DNA of 64,000 nucleotides from Sphingomonas bacterium (GTDB lineage Bacteria; Pseudomonadota; Alphaproteobacteria; Sphingomonadales; Sphingomonadaceae). The first letter of the stretch is position 1; each line of letters starts with the position of its first letter. Shown here in pieces: positions 18,351 to 28,051 of the stretch. Below the pieces are notes generated by a model. The model saw nothing but the letters and a program-made list of their open reading frames with translations, made no database searches and was not told the origin of the DNA. The position numbers and the translations under genes are program-made. The DNA lies in assembly GCA_040006055.1 (NCBI GenBank), contig JBDTXU010000069.1, forward strand, positions 4,976-68,975. The letters run 5' to 3'.

Positions 18351-20597
18351 ATGACCAATTCTACCAGAAGCGCTCTCAGACTATCCTGCGTACCATTGTC
18401 GGGCGCGATCCTGCTCGCGCTGACGGCTGCGCCCGCAGCCGCTCAGGCGCAGGCGACAGGCGATGAAGAGGCGGCCGACAACGACATTGTCGTAACCGCC
18501 CAGAAGCGCGAAGATCGCCTGAAGGACGTGCCGTTGCCGGTGACGGCGGTTGGCAGCGCCGACCTCCTGGCGCATAACCAGACCAGGGCGCAGGAATTTT
18601 TCGCAAGCGTTCCGGGCGTGAACCTGCAGTTCCAGAACAACCGGGCCCAGCTCGCGATCCGCGGCATTTCGGCAGGGCCGGTCAGCGGCAATCCGGTGGT
18701 TGGCTTCACGATCGATGACGTGCCCTATGGCGCCTCCACGGGCCAGGGCGGCCTGTTCGGTGCGGCGCCGGACCTGGATCCCTCGGAACTGCAGCGGATC
18801 GAAGTATTGCGCGGGCCGCAGGGCACGCTTTACGGCGCTGCCAGCATGGGTGGACTGGTCAAGTATGTCACTATCGATCCCGACGTGACCCGGTTCGGGG
18901 GCTCGATCGCCGGCGGGGCCAGCATGATCCACGAAAGCGATTCGGTGGGCTACAATCTGCGCGGTGCGCTCAACGTGCCGCTGGATGAACACCTGGCGAT
19001 CCGGGCCAGCGCCTTCACGCGCAAGGAGGCCGGCTATATCGACAATATCCGGACGGGCGAGAAGGACGCCAACTCCTCGCGCGTCAGCGGGGGGCGGCTT
19101 TCGGTGCTGTGGAAGCCCTCGAGTTCGTTCTCGCTCAAGCTCGGCGTCCTTTACCAGGCGCGCGACATCTTTGGCTCGCCCAATGTCGATTCGACGACGG
19201 GTTCATACTATCAGCAGACCGATCAGATCGGGTCCGGACGCAGTCGGTCCGACATGCAAATGTACAGCGCAACGATCAATGCCGATCTTGGCGGCGTGGA
19301 GCTGACATCGGTCTCGGCCTATTCGCGCGCCACCAATTACGACTATCTGGATTTTACGGCATCGCCGCTGGTCGGCTTCCTTTTTCCCACGGTTTTTCCG
19401 GGGGTCGACCCCATCGGGGACATCTTCTTTCAGGGCTACAACGTAAAGAAGTTTTCGCATGAGACCCGGCTGGCGGGATCGGTAGGCGACAATCTCGATT
19501 GGATCGTGGGCGGTGCTTACACCCATGAAGACGCCAGATACGACCTCGACAACTATGCGATAAATCCCGCCAATGGCGTCTCGCTTGGCGACGTGGTCGT
19601 CTGGCACGACACGATCAAGTACAAGGAATATGCCGTCTTCGGCAACCTTACGGCCAAGCTTTCCGATCGGTTCGATGTGCAGTTCGGCGGGCGATACAGC
19701 CATAACGAACAACAGATGTTCCACCACGAATGGTTTCAGGGTCTGCCATTCCCGGCCGACCCATTCGAGGCGACCAATGATCCCAAGGCCAGCGGCAGTG
19801 CCTTTACCTACCAGATCTCGCCCCGCTTCAAGCCGACACCCGATCACATGATCTATGGCCGCGTCGCCTCGGGCTACCGCCCTGGCGGCACCAATCCGGT
19901 TTGCGGCCCGCTGGCACTGCCGTCAGCGGTGCCGTGCCAATTCAAGCCGGACAAGACGGTGAACTACGAAGTGGGTGCCAAGGGCGATCTTTTGGGCGGG
20001 GCATTGTCCTACGACGTGTCGCTGTTCAGCATTGACTGGAAGGACATCCAGATCGTGCAGGTCCTCGATGTCTTCACCTTTAACGGCAACGCAGGCAAGG
20101 CGCGCAGCCGTGGGTTCGAGATTTCACTCGTAGCAAGGCCCACCCGTCGACTGGCCTTCAAGGCTTGGTGGTCCTACGTCGATGCGGCCCTGCGCGAAGA
20201 GTTTGTCGACGCAAGCTTCTATGCCGCCCGGGGTGACAGGCTGCCCTATTCGAGCAAGAATTCCGGTCGCTTCTCGTTCGACTACAAGGCCCCGCTTGCG
20301 AGCAAGGCCGAGATCTCGTTCGGGGCGTCGGCAACCTATGTCGGCGAACGCAAGGGTGAGTTCGTGCCAACTCAGGCCGAGGCGCCGCTACGCCAGAGCT
20401 ATCCCGGTTATGTCGAGTTCGGCCTCACCGCGGGGCTTGAGGTTGGCAACTGGAATCTCAACCTCTTCGTCCAGAACCTGACGAACAAGCACGGGCTGAT
20501 CGGCGGCGGCTACTGGAATCAGACCAGCTACAATGCAAAATTGTTCAACTATGCCCAGCCCCGAACGATCGGGCTGAATGCCGAATTCAAGTTCTGA
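18351..20597 (+). CDS. TonB-dependent outer membrane receptor
   Basis: Signal peptide; DIVVTAQKR TonB box; RIEVLRGPQGTLYG; C-terminal Phe. Confidence 0.95.
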   Translation: MTNSTRSALRLSCVPLSGAILLALTAAPAAAQAQATGDEEAADNDIVVTAQKREDRLKDVPLPVTAVGSADLLAHNQTRAQEFFASVPGVNLQFQNNRAQLAIRGISAGPVSGNPVVGFTIDDVPYGASTGQGGLFGAAPDLDPSELQRIEVLRGPQGTLYGAASMGGLVKYVTIDPDVTRFGGSIAGGASMIHESDSVGYNLRGALNVPLDEHLAIRASAFTRKEAGYIDNIRTGEKDANSSRVSGGRLSVLWKPSSSFSLKLGVLYQARDIFGSPNVDSTTGSYYQQTDQIGSGRSRSDMQMYSATINADLGGVELTSVSAYSRATNYDYLDFTASPLVGFLFPTVFPGVDPIGDIFFQGYNVKKFSHETRLAGSVGDNLDWIVGGAYTHEDARYDLDNYAINPANGVSLGDVVVWHDTIKYKEYAVFGNLTAKLSDRFDVQFGGRYSHNEQQMFHHEWFQGLPFPADPFEATNDPKASGSAFTYQISPRFKPTPDHMIYGRVASGYRPGGTNPVCGPLALPSAVPCQFKPDKTVNYEVGAKGDLLGGALSYDVSLFSIDWKDIQIVQVLDVFTFNGNAGKARSRGFEISLVARPTRRLAFKAWWSYVDAALREEFVDASFYAARGDRLPYSSKNSGRFSFDYKAPLASKAEISFGASATYVGERKGEFVPTQAEAPLRQSYPGYVEFGLTAGLEVGNWNLNLFVQNLTNKHGLIGGGYWNQTSYNAKLFNYAQPRTIGLNAEFKF

Positions 20598-20649
20598 TCG
20601 GGCATGCCAGCCGGGACGGAATCGTTCCGGCTGCCCTGAAATAATGGCT

Positions 20650-20689
20650 CAGGCGGCGACGGATCATATCCGCCGCCGCCTGTCTCTTT
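20650..20689 (+). terminator. Intrinsic terminator after the receptor
   Basis: CAGGCGGCGACGGAT-CAT-ATCCGCCGCCGCCTG stem followed by TCTCTTT; second hairpin at 20608..20633. Confidence 0.65.
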
Positions 20690-21190
20690 GCGTCGATCGC
20701 TGTCGATTAGCCGGTATCGATCATTTAGCGGGCTCAGGCATCGGTGGCCGGTCCTGGGCCGAACAACTTCGAGCCGCTGATCCGGCCCGAGGCGGGCGTG
20801 AAATCTTATCCAGCTATGAGAATGAGCCGCGCCATTTTGATGGCCTGGCCGCTCTATGACGGTTTGGCGCGATGTTGAATCGGGCCTGAGCCGGAACGGC
20901 TCGCAGGAGGATGCGTGTTGGAGAAGTCATGCGGACGCTGACATTTCCGACAGCCAGAGTCCCGCCCGCCGCGGCGGTGGGAACAGCGTAACGCATCGCC
21001 TTCTCGCGTTGAATCGTTGCGGCAGCCCTGGAACGGCGCACGTGGTTCAGGTTTGACGCATGGTGCCCCAACGCCCCGAGACCGGCACCGGAGGCTCAAC
21101 TGTACCGGTATCGTACCGTTGCATCACTTGGAGCAACGCACCCAGGCTGTAGTCGGCATTGCAAGATCATACCCACAGAGGGGACTTCCG

Positions 21191-21676
21191 ATGTCTATCG
21201 CAACCTTTGGTGACTGGCTTTATGCCACCCCGTTCTCGACCGCGATCAGGGAAACCACCTGGATCATTCCTAATGTCCAGACCATTCACATCCTCGCGAT
21301 CGCGGTGGTGATCGGTTCGGCGCTGGCCACCGAGCTGCGCTTTGCAGGGGTCTTTGCCACCGACCGCCAGCCGGCGGACATGCTGCACCGTTATCTGCCG
21401 TGGATGCGCCGCGCGCTGCTAGTCTTGCTGCTCACGGGCCTGATCCTCGTCGTCGCTGAACCCGGACGCACCCTGGGCAATTTTATTTTCTGGACCAAGA
21501 TGGCACTGGTCGCCGGAGCCAGCCTGGTGACCCTGCAGGCGCGCAAGCCCCTGCTGCGCGAATCCGTCACGCCTGAGGGCGGCGCTGTCGTTGAGGCGTC
21601 GCGCCCTCTGGCCTGGCTGATGGTGCTGATCTGGTGCGCCATCATCTTCTGCGGCCGCTTCATCGCCTACACCTGA
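21191..21676 (+). CDS. DUF6644-like four-TM membrane protein
   Basis: STAIRE, QTIHILAIA, FWTKM, GRFIAY; RBS GAGGGG. Confidence 0.75.
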   Translation: MSIATFGDWLYATPFSTAIRETTWIIPNVQTIHILAIAVVIGSALATELRFAGVFATDRQPADMLHRYLPWMRRALLVLLLTGLILVVAEPGRTLGNFIFWTKMALVAGASLVTLQARKPLLRESVTPEGGAVVEASRPLAWLMVLIWCAIIFCGRFIAYT

Positions 21677-21730
21677 TCCGCTTGCCCGCGGCGCAGGTCG
21701 CGTTTCTCCACTATCCGGGAAAGCCCAGCC

Positions 21731-22234
21731 ATGACCATCGAAACAATACTCCAGCAGATCTACGATCTGCCCCTGTCCAGCGCGATCCGCGAGAACGTCA
21801 ACGCCTTTCCGGTCATCGAATCGCTCCACGTCCTGGCGATCGCGCTTGTCTTCGGCACGATCCTGATCGTCGATCTGCGGCTGCTGGGCATGGCCGCCCA
21901 CCGACCTGGCGTGAGGCGCCTGATTGCCGAATTGCTGCCCTTCACCTGGGCCGCCTTCGCCCTTGCGGTCGTGACCGGCAGTCTGATGTTCATGTCCAAT
22001 GCGGTCGCCTATGCCGCAAATACCGAGTTCCGGCTCAAACTGGTGGCGCTCGCCCTGGCCGGTCTCAACATGGCGTGGTTCCATTCGACCGCCTATCGCC
22101 GGATCGACCAGTGGGACGAAGTCCTGCCGCCGCCGGCGACCGCGCGCATTGCCGGGCTGCTGTCGCTGTTGACGTGGATCACCGTTATCTTCCTGGGTCG
22201 GTGGATCGGCTTCACGCTCGAAGTCGTGTTTTGA
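21731..22234 (+). CDS. DUF6644-like four-TM membrane protein (tandem paralogue)
   Basis: SSAIRE, ESLHVLAIA, DLRLLG, FRLKL, GRWIGF. Confidence 0.8.
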   Translation: MTIETILQQIYDLPLSSAIRENVNAFPVIESLHVLAIALVFGTILIVDLRLLGMAAHRPGVRRLIAELLPFTWAAFALAVVTGSLMFMSNAVAYAANTEFRLKLVALALAGLNMAWFHSTAYRRIDQWDEVLPPPATARIAGLLSLLTWITVIFLGRWIGFTLEVVF

Positions 22235-22241
22235 CGCCGCG

Positions 22242-23765
22242 ATGCGCGACAACGGGCGAAGGCGCGCTGCCTTGACGTGGCGGGGCAAGGGGCTGGCGCT
22301 GCTGTGCACGGCGTTGAGCGTGGCGCAACCGGTCGCGGCGGAGGTTCCGGCTCTGCCGACGGTAACCCCGGTGCCGCCCTCATCTCAGCCGCCACTGTCA
22401 TCGGCGACACGACCGGGAACCGAGTATAGCGACCTCGCCAAGGCCGGCTATGTCGAGACGGAATATTATCTGTCGGGAGTCGGTCCCGCGATCACCGCGG
22501 CGGGCAAGACTCTGTTCGACGCGCCCTATGTCACTCGCATCCTGGTGCGCCGTCCCGCCGACCAGGCCGGGTTCAACGGCACGGTGATCATCGAACCGTT
22601 CAGCTGGTTCGGGGAGCGCGGCGCCGGCTGGATTCTCACGCGCGACTATCTGCTGCGCAAGGGCTACGCCTATGTCGGCTATACGCTCAACATCAACGCC
22701 CCGCGAGACGATCCGAAATTCCCGGATTCGAAAGGGAAGGAGGGGGCGGACGATCCGAACGGGCTGTACAAGCCGATCGTCAATTTCGATTTCATGCGCC
22801 GTTTCGACTATGCGCGCTACGCTCCGCTTGGCAGCTATTACGACCCGGTGCGGTTTACGCGCGGCGGTGCTCCGGATCCCTTCGTGCCGCAATCGCAGGC
22901 GATTGGCGCACAGCTGGCCCGGCTGCTCAAGTCCAATGATCCGGCGGGGCCGATGGGAACGCTTCGCGTCGAGCGCGTTTATGTCAACAGCTGGGCCGTG
23001 ACCGCGCAGATATGGATGGATTACCTCGACCAGGGCCGTCACCAGAGCTGGCGCATGCCCGACGGCGGACCCCTGATCGATGCCTATATGACCGGGAAGA
23101 TGTCGTTCGGCGAGGTTGGCGGCGATGCCGTGCGGGTCCCGCGCAAGATGCCCGACGGAGTGCCCTTCGTCACCGTCTACAGCGAGTCTGAAGCGATGCA
23201 CGACGCTATCGAAGGGATTGCGCTGCCGCCCGACAGTAACCGGCCGATGCTGCGCTACTATGAGGTGACCGGAATGCCGCACCTGCGCCTGGGGGACCTT
23301 GGTACGCAGCATCGCGAACTGTTTGCCGCTGATGTCGGCAAGGCGAAGGATCCGCGCTGCACAATCCTTTACGACGAGCCGGTGGAAGTCGTCACGAGCG
23401 CCCTGCTCGATGCGATGGATGGCTGGGTTCGGACCGGCAAGCCCATGCCCATGGCGCCGCGCCTCGTCCACTCGGGCAAGGGGATCGCCAGAGATGCGGT
23501 GAGCGGCAACATGATCGGTGGGGTGCGTCCGCCATGGATCATGGCCCCTGTCGCCACCTATCTGACCGACCAGGAAACCGGATGCGGCCTGGTCTACGAT
23601 ACCAAGGTCGCCCTGTCGGCCGCGCAGTTGCGGCGGCTGTACGGCTCTTATCGTGGGTATGTCAGGCGGTTCGATGCGGCCAAGCGCGCCGCGATCAGGC
23701 TGGGATACCTGCTTCCCGAAGATGCCGAGCGGGTGCAGCCGATTGCCGGACCCGAAGACTTCTGA
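22242..23765 (+). CDS. Secreted alpha/beta hydrolase-domain protein (Abhydrolase_10-like)
   Basis: Signal peptide; GYVETEYYLSG, TRILVRRP..FNGTVIIE, YEVTGMPH, GNMIGGVR, GYLLPED. Confidence 0.78.
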   Translation: MRDNGRRRAALTWRGKGLALLCTALSVAQPVAAEVPALPTVTPVPPSSQPPLSSATRPGTEYSDLAKAGYVETEYYLSGVGPAITAAGKTLFDAPYVTRILVRRPADQAGFNGTVIIEPFSWFGERGAGWILTRDYLLRKGYAYVGYTLNINAPRDDPKFPDSKGKEGADDPNGLYKPIVNFDFMRRFDYARYAPLGSYYDPVRFTRGGAPDPFVPQSQAIGAQLARLLKSNDPAGPMGTLRVERVYVNSWAVTAQIWMDYLDQGRHQSWRMPDGGPLIDAYMTGKMSFGEVGGDAVRVPRKMPDGVPFVTVYSESEAMHDAIEGIALPPDSNRPMLRYYEVTGMPHLRLGDLGTQHRELFAADVGKAKDPRCTILYDEPVEVVTSALLDAMDGWVRTGKPMPMAPRLVHSGKGIARDAVSGNMIGGVRPPWIMAPVATYLTDQETGCGLVYDTKVALSAAQLRRLYGSYRGYVRRFDAAKRAAIRLGYLLPEDAERVQPIAGPEDF

Positions 23766-23795
23766 ACCGCACGGCCCCGCCGGGGCCATGCTGGG

Positions 23796-24866
23796 CTATT
23801 CCTTCGACTTGCGCAGGAAACGGCCCGGTGAAGCGCCGGTCCATTCCTTGAACGCGCGCGAAAACGCGGCGGTATCCGAATAGCCGAGCTGTTCGGCGGC
23901 GACCACGAGTGAAATCCCGGGCTTCGACAGGATTGTCTGGGCGCGCTCCTTGCGCGCTTCCTGCAGCAACTCACGAAACGAGGTGCCTTCCTCGGTCAGC
24001 CGCCGCCGCAGCGATCGTTCCGACAGCCTGAGTTCTGCCCCCACGGTCGCACAGTCGATGTGGGTGCGACCCAACCAGCGGGCGATGATATCCCTGGTCA
24101 GCGAGACGAAGCTCTGGCTTGGCGTGGATCCCGGACCCATCAGGTCAAGCAGGTGCCATTCCAGAATGTTGCGCAGCTTCATGTCCTCGGACGGAACCGC
24201 GCTGGCGAAGGGCTTGTCCAAATCCTCGTTGCTGATCACCAGGGCATTGACCATCTGATTACCCAGCACGGGCGCGCGGAAATACTGTGCCAGGCGGTCT
24301 TCGCGGCCGCTGATCGAATGTTCGAAATGGACCGAGGCAGGTGACCATTTGGGCGAGGTCAGTTGCCGGGCCAGGTTGACGTAGCCAGAAATCGCGAACT
24401 CGGAATCCTGCAGCCGCGGCCAGATCGCCTCATCCTCGATTCTGTAGGAATAGGTGGTCGTATCAGCGGCGATCGTACTGTCGAACAGGGTGCGGCTTTG
24501 CAGGCGCGACTGGAACAACACGAGATAATTCAGCGCGCCGCGCAGGGTGCCGGAGGCCCGCAGCAGGGCATAGAAAGGCCCCATTTCCGCCAGACCGAAA
24601 ACCGCGCCCATCTCGAGGCCCAGGCAGGGACGCTCGAATTTGTGTGCCGCCTGTTCGATCAGCGCGACATAGCGGTGGAGCGGCACGAAATCGTAAGGCG
24701 TTTCCAGCTGCGTCCGGAACATTCCGTGCTCGCGCAGCAGCGGATCGATGCGTTTGCCGACATCGGCAAGCGCATCGAGCAGGGCTGTGAGAAACAGCAG
24801 CCGGATCGTTCCCAAGTCGCGTTTTGCGGCCTCGTTAGACGGCGGGGGAGAGTCGGAGCCGGGCAT
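23796..24866 (-). CDS. AraC-family transcriptional regulator
   Basis: SERSLRRRL..EGTSFRELL and LGYSDTAAFSRAFKEWTG; divergent from tynB. Confidence 0.92.
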   Translation of the reverse strand: MPGSDSPPPSNEAAKRDLGTIRLLFLTALLDALADVGKRIDPLLREHGMFRTQLETPYDFVPLHRYVALIEQAAHKFERPCLGLEMGAVFGLAEMGPFYALLRASGTLRGALNYLVLFQSRLQSRTLFDSTIAADTTTYSYRIEDEAIWPRLQDSEFAISGYVNLARQLTSPKWSPASVHFEHSISGREDRLAQYFRAPVLGNQMVNALVISNEDLDKPFASAVPSEDMKLRNILEWHLLDLMGPGSTPSQSFVSLTRDIIARWLGRTHIDCATVGAELRLSERSLRRRLTEEGTSFRELLQEARKERAQTILSKPGISLVVAAEQLGYSDTAAFSRAFKEWTGASPGRFLRKSKE

Positions 24867-25015
24867 GATCGGCAAAGCGTAGTGGCCGATTATGCAAACG
24901 GTCAATCCCTAGCTGCAATTTACAGCCAGGCCGGATCCGACGAAACCGCAAGCCATGCCGCGTGGTCGCTTTCCGTCCATGATTTCGGGCGAATCTAACG
25001 ATTGGAGAGGTATTT

Positions 25016-26242
25016 GTGTCGGATTTGAGGGCAGATGCCCGAACAGTTCCGGTCGCGCGACAGGCGACGGAGCTGACCGAAAATGACAAGGGCGGCAACA
25101 GCGCCTTCCCGTCATTGCCCCGGATAGACTTTCTCTATCTGTCCGAATCCGACATGGTCCGGGCCGGCGTGACCGACATGGCCAGATGCTGTGATGCCAT
25201 GGAAGAGATGTTCCATCTGCTCCACATCGGCGATTACCGCATGGCCGGCGGCAACAACAATTCGCATGGCGCGATCGTCATGTTTCCGGACAGCTCGCCG
25301 TTCCCCGACATGCCCAAACCGACCGCGGACCGCCGCTTCATGGCCATGCCGGCCTATCTGGGCGGATCGTTCCGCACGGCCGGGATGAAGTGGTACGGTT
25401 CGAACACCGAGAACCGCGACAAGGGGCTGCCGCGCTCGATCCTGACCTTCATCCTCAACGACGTCGATACCGGCGCACCGCTGGCGATGATGTCGGCCAA
25501 CCTGCTGTCGGCCTATCGCACCGGGGCGGTGCCTGGCGTTGGCGCCCGCCACCTGGCGCGCAAGGATTCGCGCGTGGTCGGCATCGTCGGCCCGGGCGTG
25601 ATGGCGCGCACTTCGCTCGCCGCTTTCATGGCCACCTGCCCGCTGATCGATACGGTCAAGATCAAGGGGCGGGGCCAGGCCAACCTCGATGCCTTCACCG
25701 CATGGGCCGCGCAAACCTATCCGCAGGTTACCGTGCGCACGGTCGAAACCGACGAGGAAGTGGTGCGCGATTCCGATATCGCCACCTTCTGCGCCTCGGT
25801 CGCGACCGGCGATCCCTCGAAATACCCGACCGTGCGCCGCGAATGGGTGCGGCCCGGCACCTTCCTGCCGATGCCGGCACCGTGCAACGTCGATGCCGGC
25901 ATGGAATCACCGGAAATCCGCAAGGTGCTCGACTTCACCGGGCTCTACGAAGCCTATCTCGAGGAACTTCCCGCGCCGCGACACAATCACGTGCCCGCCA
26001 TCGGGGTGCGCTTCTTCGACCTGGTCGAGGAAGGCAAGCTGCGGCGCGAGGCGCTGGAAGACCTCGGCGCGATCGTGTCTGGCGATACCCCGGGCCGCCG
26101 CAACGACGAGGAGATCATCATCCTCTCGGTCGGCGGCATGGCGGTGGAAGACGTGGCCTGGGGAACCATGGTCTATCGCAACGCCATCGCCAACGGGATC
26201 GGGGTCAAGCTCAATCTCTGGGAAGAGCCGGCGCTCAAATAA
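25016..26242 (+). CDS. tynB: Tyramine oxidase subunit B-like (ornithine cyclodeaminase/mu-crystallin family)
   Basis: RIDFLYLSE, MAMPAYLGG, KWYGSN, SANLLSAYRTGA, VGGMAVEDVAWG; closely resembles P. putida TynB as I recall it. Confidence 0.85.
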   Translation: MSDLRADARTVPVARQATELTENDKGGNSAFPSLPRIDFLYLSESDMVRAGVTDMARCCDAMEEMFHLLHIGDYRMAGGNNNSHGAIVMFPDSSPFPDMPKPTADRRFMAMPAYLGGSFRTAGMKWYGSNTENRDKGLPRSILTFILNDVDTGAPLAMMSANLLSAYRTGAVPGVGARHLARKDSRVVGIVGPGVMARTSLAAFMATCPLIDTVKIKGRGQANLDAFTAWAAQTYPQVTVRTVETDEEVVRDSDIATFCASVATGDPSKYPTVRREWVRPGTFLPMPAPCNVDAGMESPEIRKVLDFTGLYEAYLEELPAPRHNHVPAIGVRFFDLVEEGKLRREALEDLGAIVSGDTPGRRNDEEIIILSVGGMAVEDVAWGTMVYRNAIANGIGVKLNLWEEPALK

Positions 26243-26284
26243 CCGCCGTTTCTCCCGATCATCCCCCCAACCAAGCGAGGCCCC

Positions 26285-26707
26285 ATGCCCGAAGTCATCA
26301 AGGTCAAGACCGGCAACAAGTTCGAAGAACACGGCTCCTACTCGCGTCTCGTCGCGGTGGACGACCTGATCTTCGTGTCCAACACCGCAGGGCGCGATCC
26401 GCGCACCAAGCTGATTCCCGAAGACCTGGCCGCACAGACCAACCAGGTGCTCGACAATATTTCCGCAGCGCTGGCTTCCGTCGGCGCCGTGCTCGCGGAC
26501 GTCGTCTCGGCGCGGGTTTTCGTACAGTTTCCGCAAGACGTCGAGACGGTCATGGAAGCTTACGGAAACCGGATGCGCGGGATCAATCCGACCCTGACCA
26601 TGACCTGCCCACCGCTCGGCTCCGCCCAGTACAAGGTGGAAATCGACGCTACCGCCATTCGCGGGGTTTCCAAGGCAGAGGTCAAGGAACTGCTCATTTC
26701 GCTCTGA
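26285..26707 (+). CDS. Rid (YjgF/YER057c) family protein
   Basis: GSYSR, IFVSNTAG, KVEIDATA. Confidence 0.88.
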   Translation: MPEVIKVKTGNKFEEHGSYSRLVAVDDLIFVSNTAGRDPRTKLIPEDLAAQTNQVLDNISAALASVGAVLADVVSARVFVQFPQDVETVMEAYGNRMRGINPTLTMTCPPLGSAQYKVEIDATAIRGVSKAEVKELLISL

Positions 26708-26758
26708 TCATCCGCCCGCGCGCGGCGGCCGATATCCCACCTGCAAGGCCCTTGTTCC

Positions 26759-28051
26759 ATGGCTCCCCAAATCGCTCCGGTCGAAACGTCAGGCACCCTG
26801 CCGCAGGAAACCACCGTGGTGGTGATCGGCGGCGGGATCGTGGGCCTGTCCACCGCGCTGTGCCTCGCCGAGCGGGGCGTGCCGGTGACGGTGATCGAGA
26901 AGGGCCGGATTGCTGGCGAGCAATCGTCGCGCAATCTGGGCTGGGTGCGCAAGGTGATGCGCCCGCCGGTCGATCTGCCGATGGCGCAGGCGGCCGAGCG
27001 GCTGTGGGCGCAGATGCCCCAGCGCGTGGGTGACGATTGCGGCTTTCGCCAAGCCGGCATTGCTTATGTCTCGCGCACGGCGAAAGAACTCGCCGTGCAT
27101 GAGACCTGGCTGGAATCGGTCAAGGGGTCAGGGGTCGATTCCCGCCTGCTGACGCCTGGCCAAATCGCGGACATGATCCCGGGCAGCACCGGTACCTGGG
27201 TCGGCGGGATCGTCACCCCTTCCGATGGGCGGGCCGAACCGACGCTCGCTTCCAGTGCGATCGCCAGGGCCGCGATGGCCAAGGGTGCGGTGATCGTTGA
27301 AAACTGTGCCGTTCGGACACTCGAGACGACCGGCGGCGCGGTCAGGGGCGTCGTGACCGAGCGGGGCGAGATTCGCTGTTCGCAGGTCGTCCTTGCCGGC
27401 GGCGTCTGGTCACGCCGATTCCTGGCCAATCACGGCGTGCAGTTGCTGACCCTGCCGCTGGTCGCCGCCGTTCTGCGCACCGAACCGATGGAAGGGCCAA
27501 CCGATTGCGCGGTGGGCGGCGCGGATTTCTCGTTCCGCAAGCGGTTGGACGGGGGCTATACCATTACCCAGCGCGGAGCGCTGTTCGCGCCGCTCACGCT
27601 CGATCATCTGCTGATCGGGCTGAAGTATATGCCTACGCTGGTTGCTCAGTGGCACAATTTGCGGGTATCGTTCGGGCGCGAATTCCTTGCCGACCTGGCC
27701 CTGCCGCGGCGCTGGAAGGCTCATCAGGTTTCGCCGTTCGAAAAGGTGCGGACCATGGATCCGCCGGTCAACCAGGGCCTCAACGAAGAAGCGATGCGCA
27801 ACCTGATCGCGGCCTGGCCGGTTTTCGCGCAGGCCAGGATTGCGCAGCAATGGGGCGGTATGATTGATGTTACGCCGGATTCCATGCCGGTAATCGGACC
27901 GGTCAAGCGACTGCCGGGTCTCATTCTGGCGACGGGATTTTCCGGCCATGGCTTCGGCACCGCGCCTGCCGCCGGCGCGCTGGCGGCCGATCTGGTGATG
28001 GGCAGCACCCCGGTGATCGATCCCGCCCCCTATCGGCTCGACCGGTTCTGA
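26759..28051 (+). CDS. tynA: FAD-dependent amine oxidase, tyramine oxidase subunit A-like (DAO family)
   Basis: VVIGGGIVG, GEQSSRNLGWVRK, DVTPDS, GFSGHGFG; resembles P. putida TynA. Confidence 0.85.
   Translation: MAPQIAPVETSGTLPQETTVVVIGGGIVGLSTALCLAERGVPVTVIEKGRIAGEQSSRNLGWVRKVMRPPVDLPMAQAAERLWAQMPQRVGDDCGFRQAGIAYVSRTAKELAVHETWLESVKGSGVDSRLLTPGQIADMIPGSTGTWVGGIVTPSDGRAEPTLASSAIARAAMAKGAVIVENCAVRTLETTGGAVRGVVTERGEIRCSQVVLAGGVWSRRFLANHGVQLLTLPLVAAVLRTEPMEGPTDCAVGGADFSFRKRLDGGYTITQRGALFAPLTLDHLLIGLKYMPTLVAQWHNLRVSFGREFLADLALPRRWKAHQVSPFEKVRTMDPPVNQGLNEEAMRNLIAAWPVFAQARIAQQWGGMIDVTPDSMPVIGPVKRLPGLILATGFSGHGFGTAPAAGALAADLVMGSTPVIDPAPYRLDRF

Noticed and set aside
20814-20996. Minus-strand small ORF MRYAVPTAAAGG with a possible RBS
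   Set aside because: No motif or family resemblance; cannot be supported
25390-27033. 547-aa Arg/Gly/Pro-rich same-strand ORF
   Set aside because: Out-of-frame read of tynB and rid; composition typical of a GC-rich alternative frame
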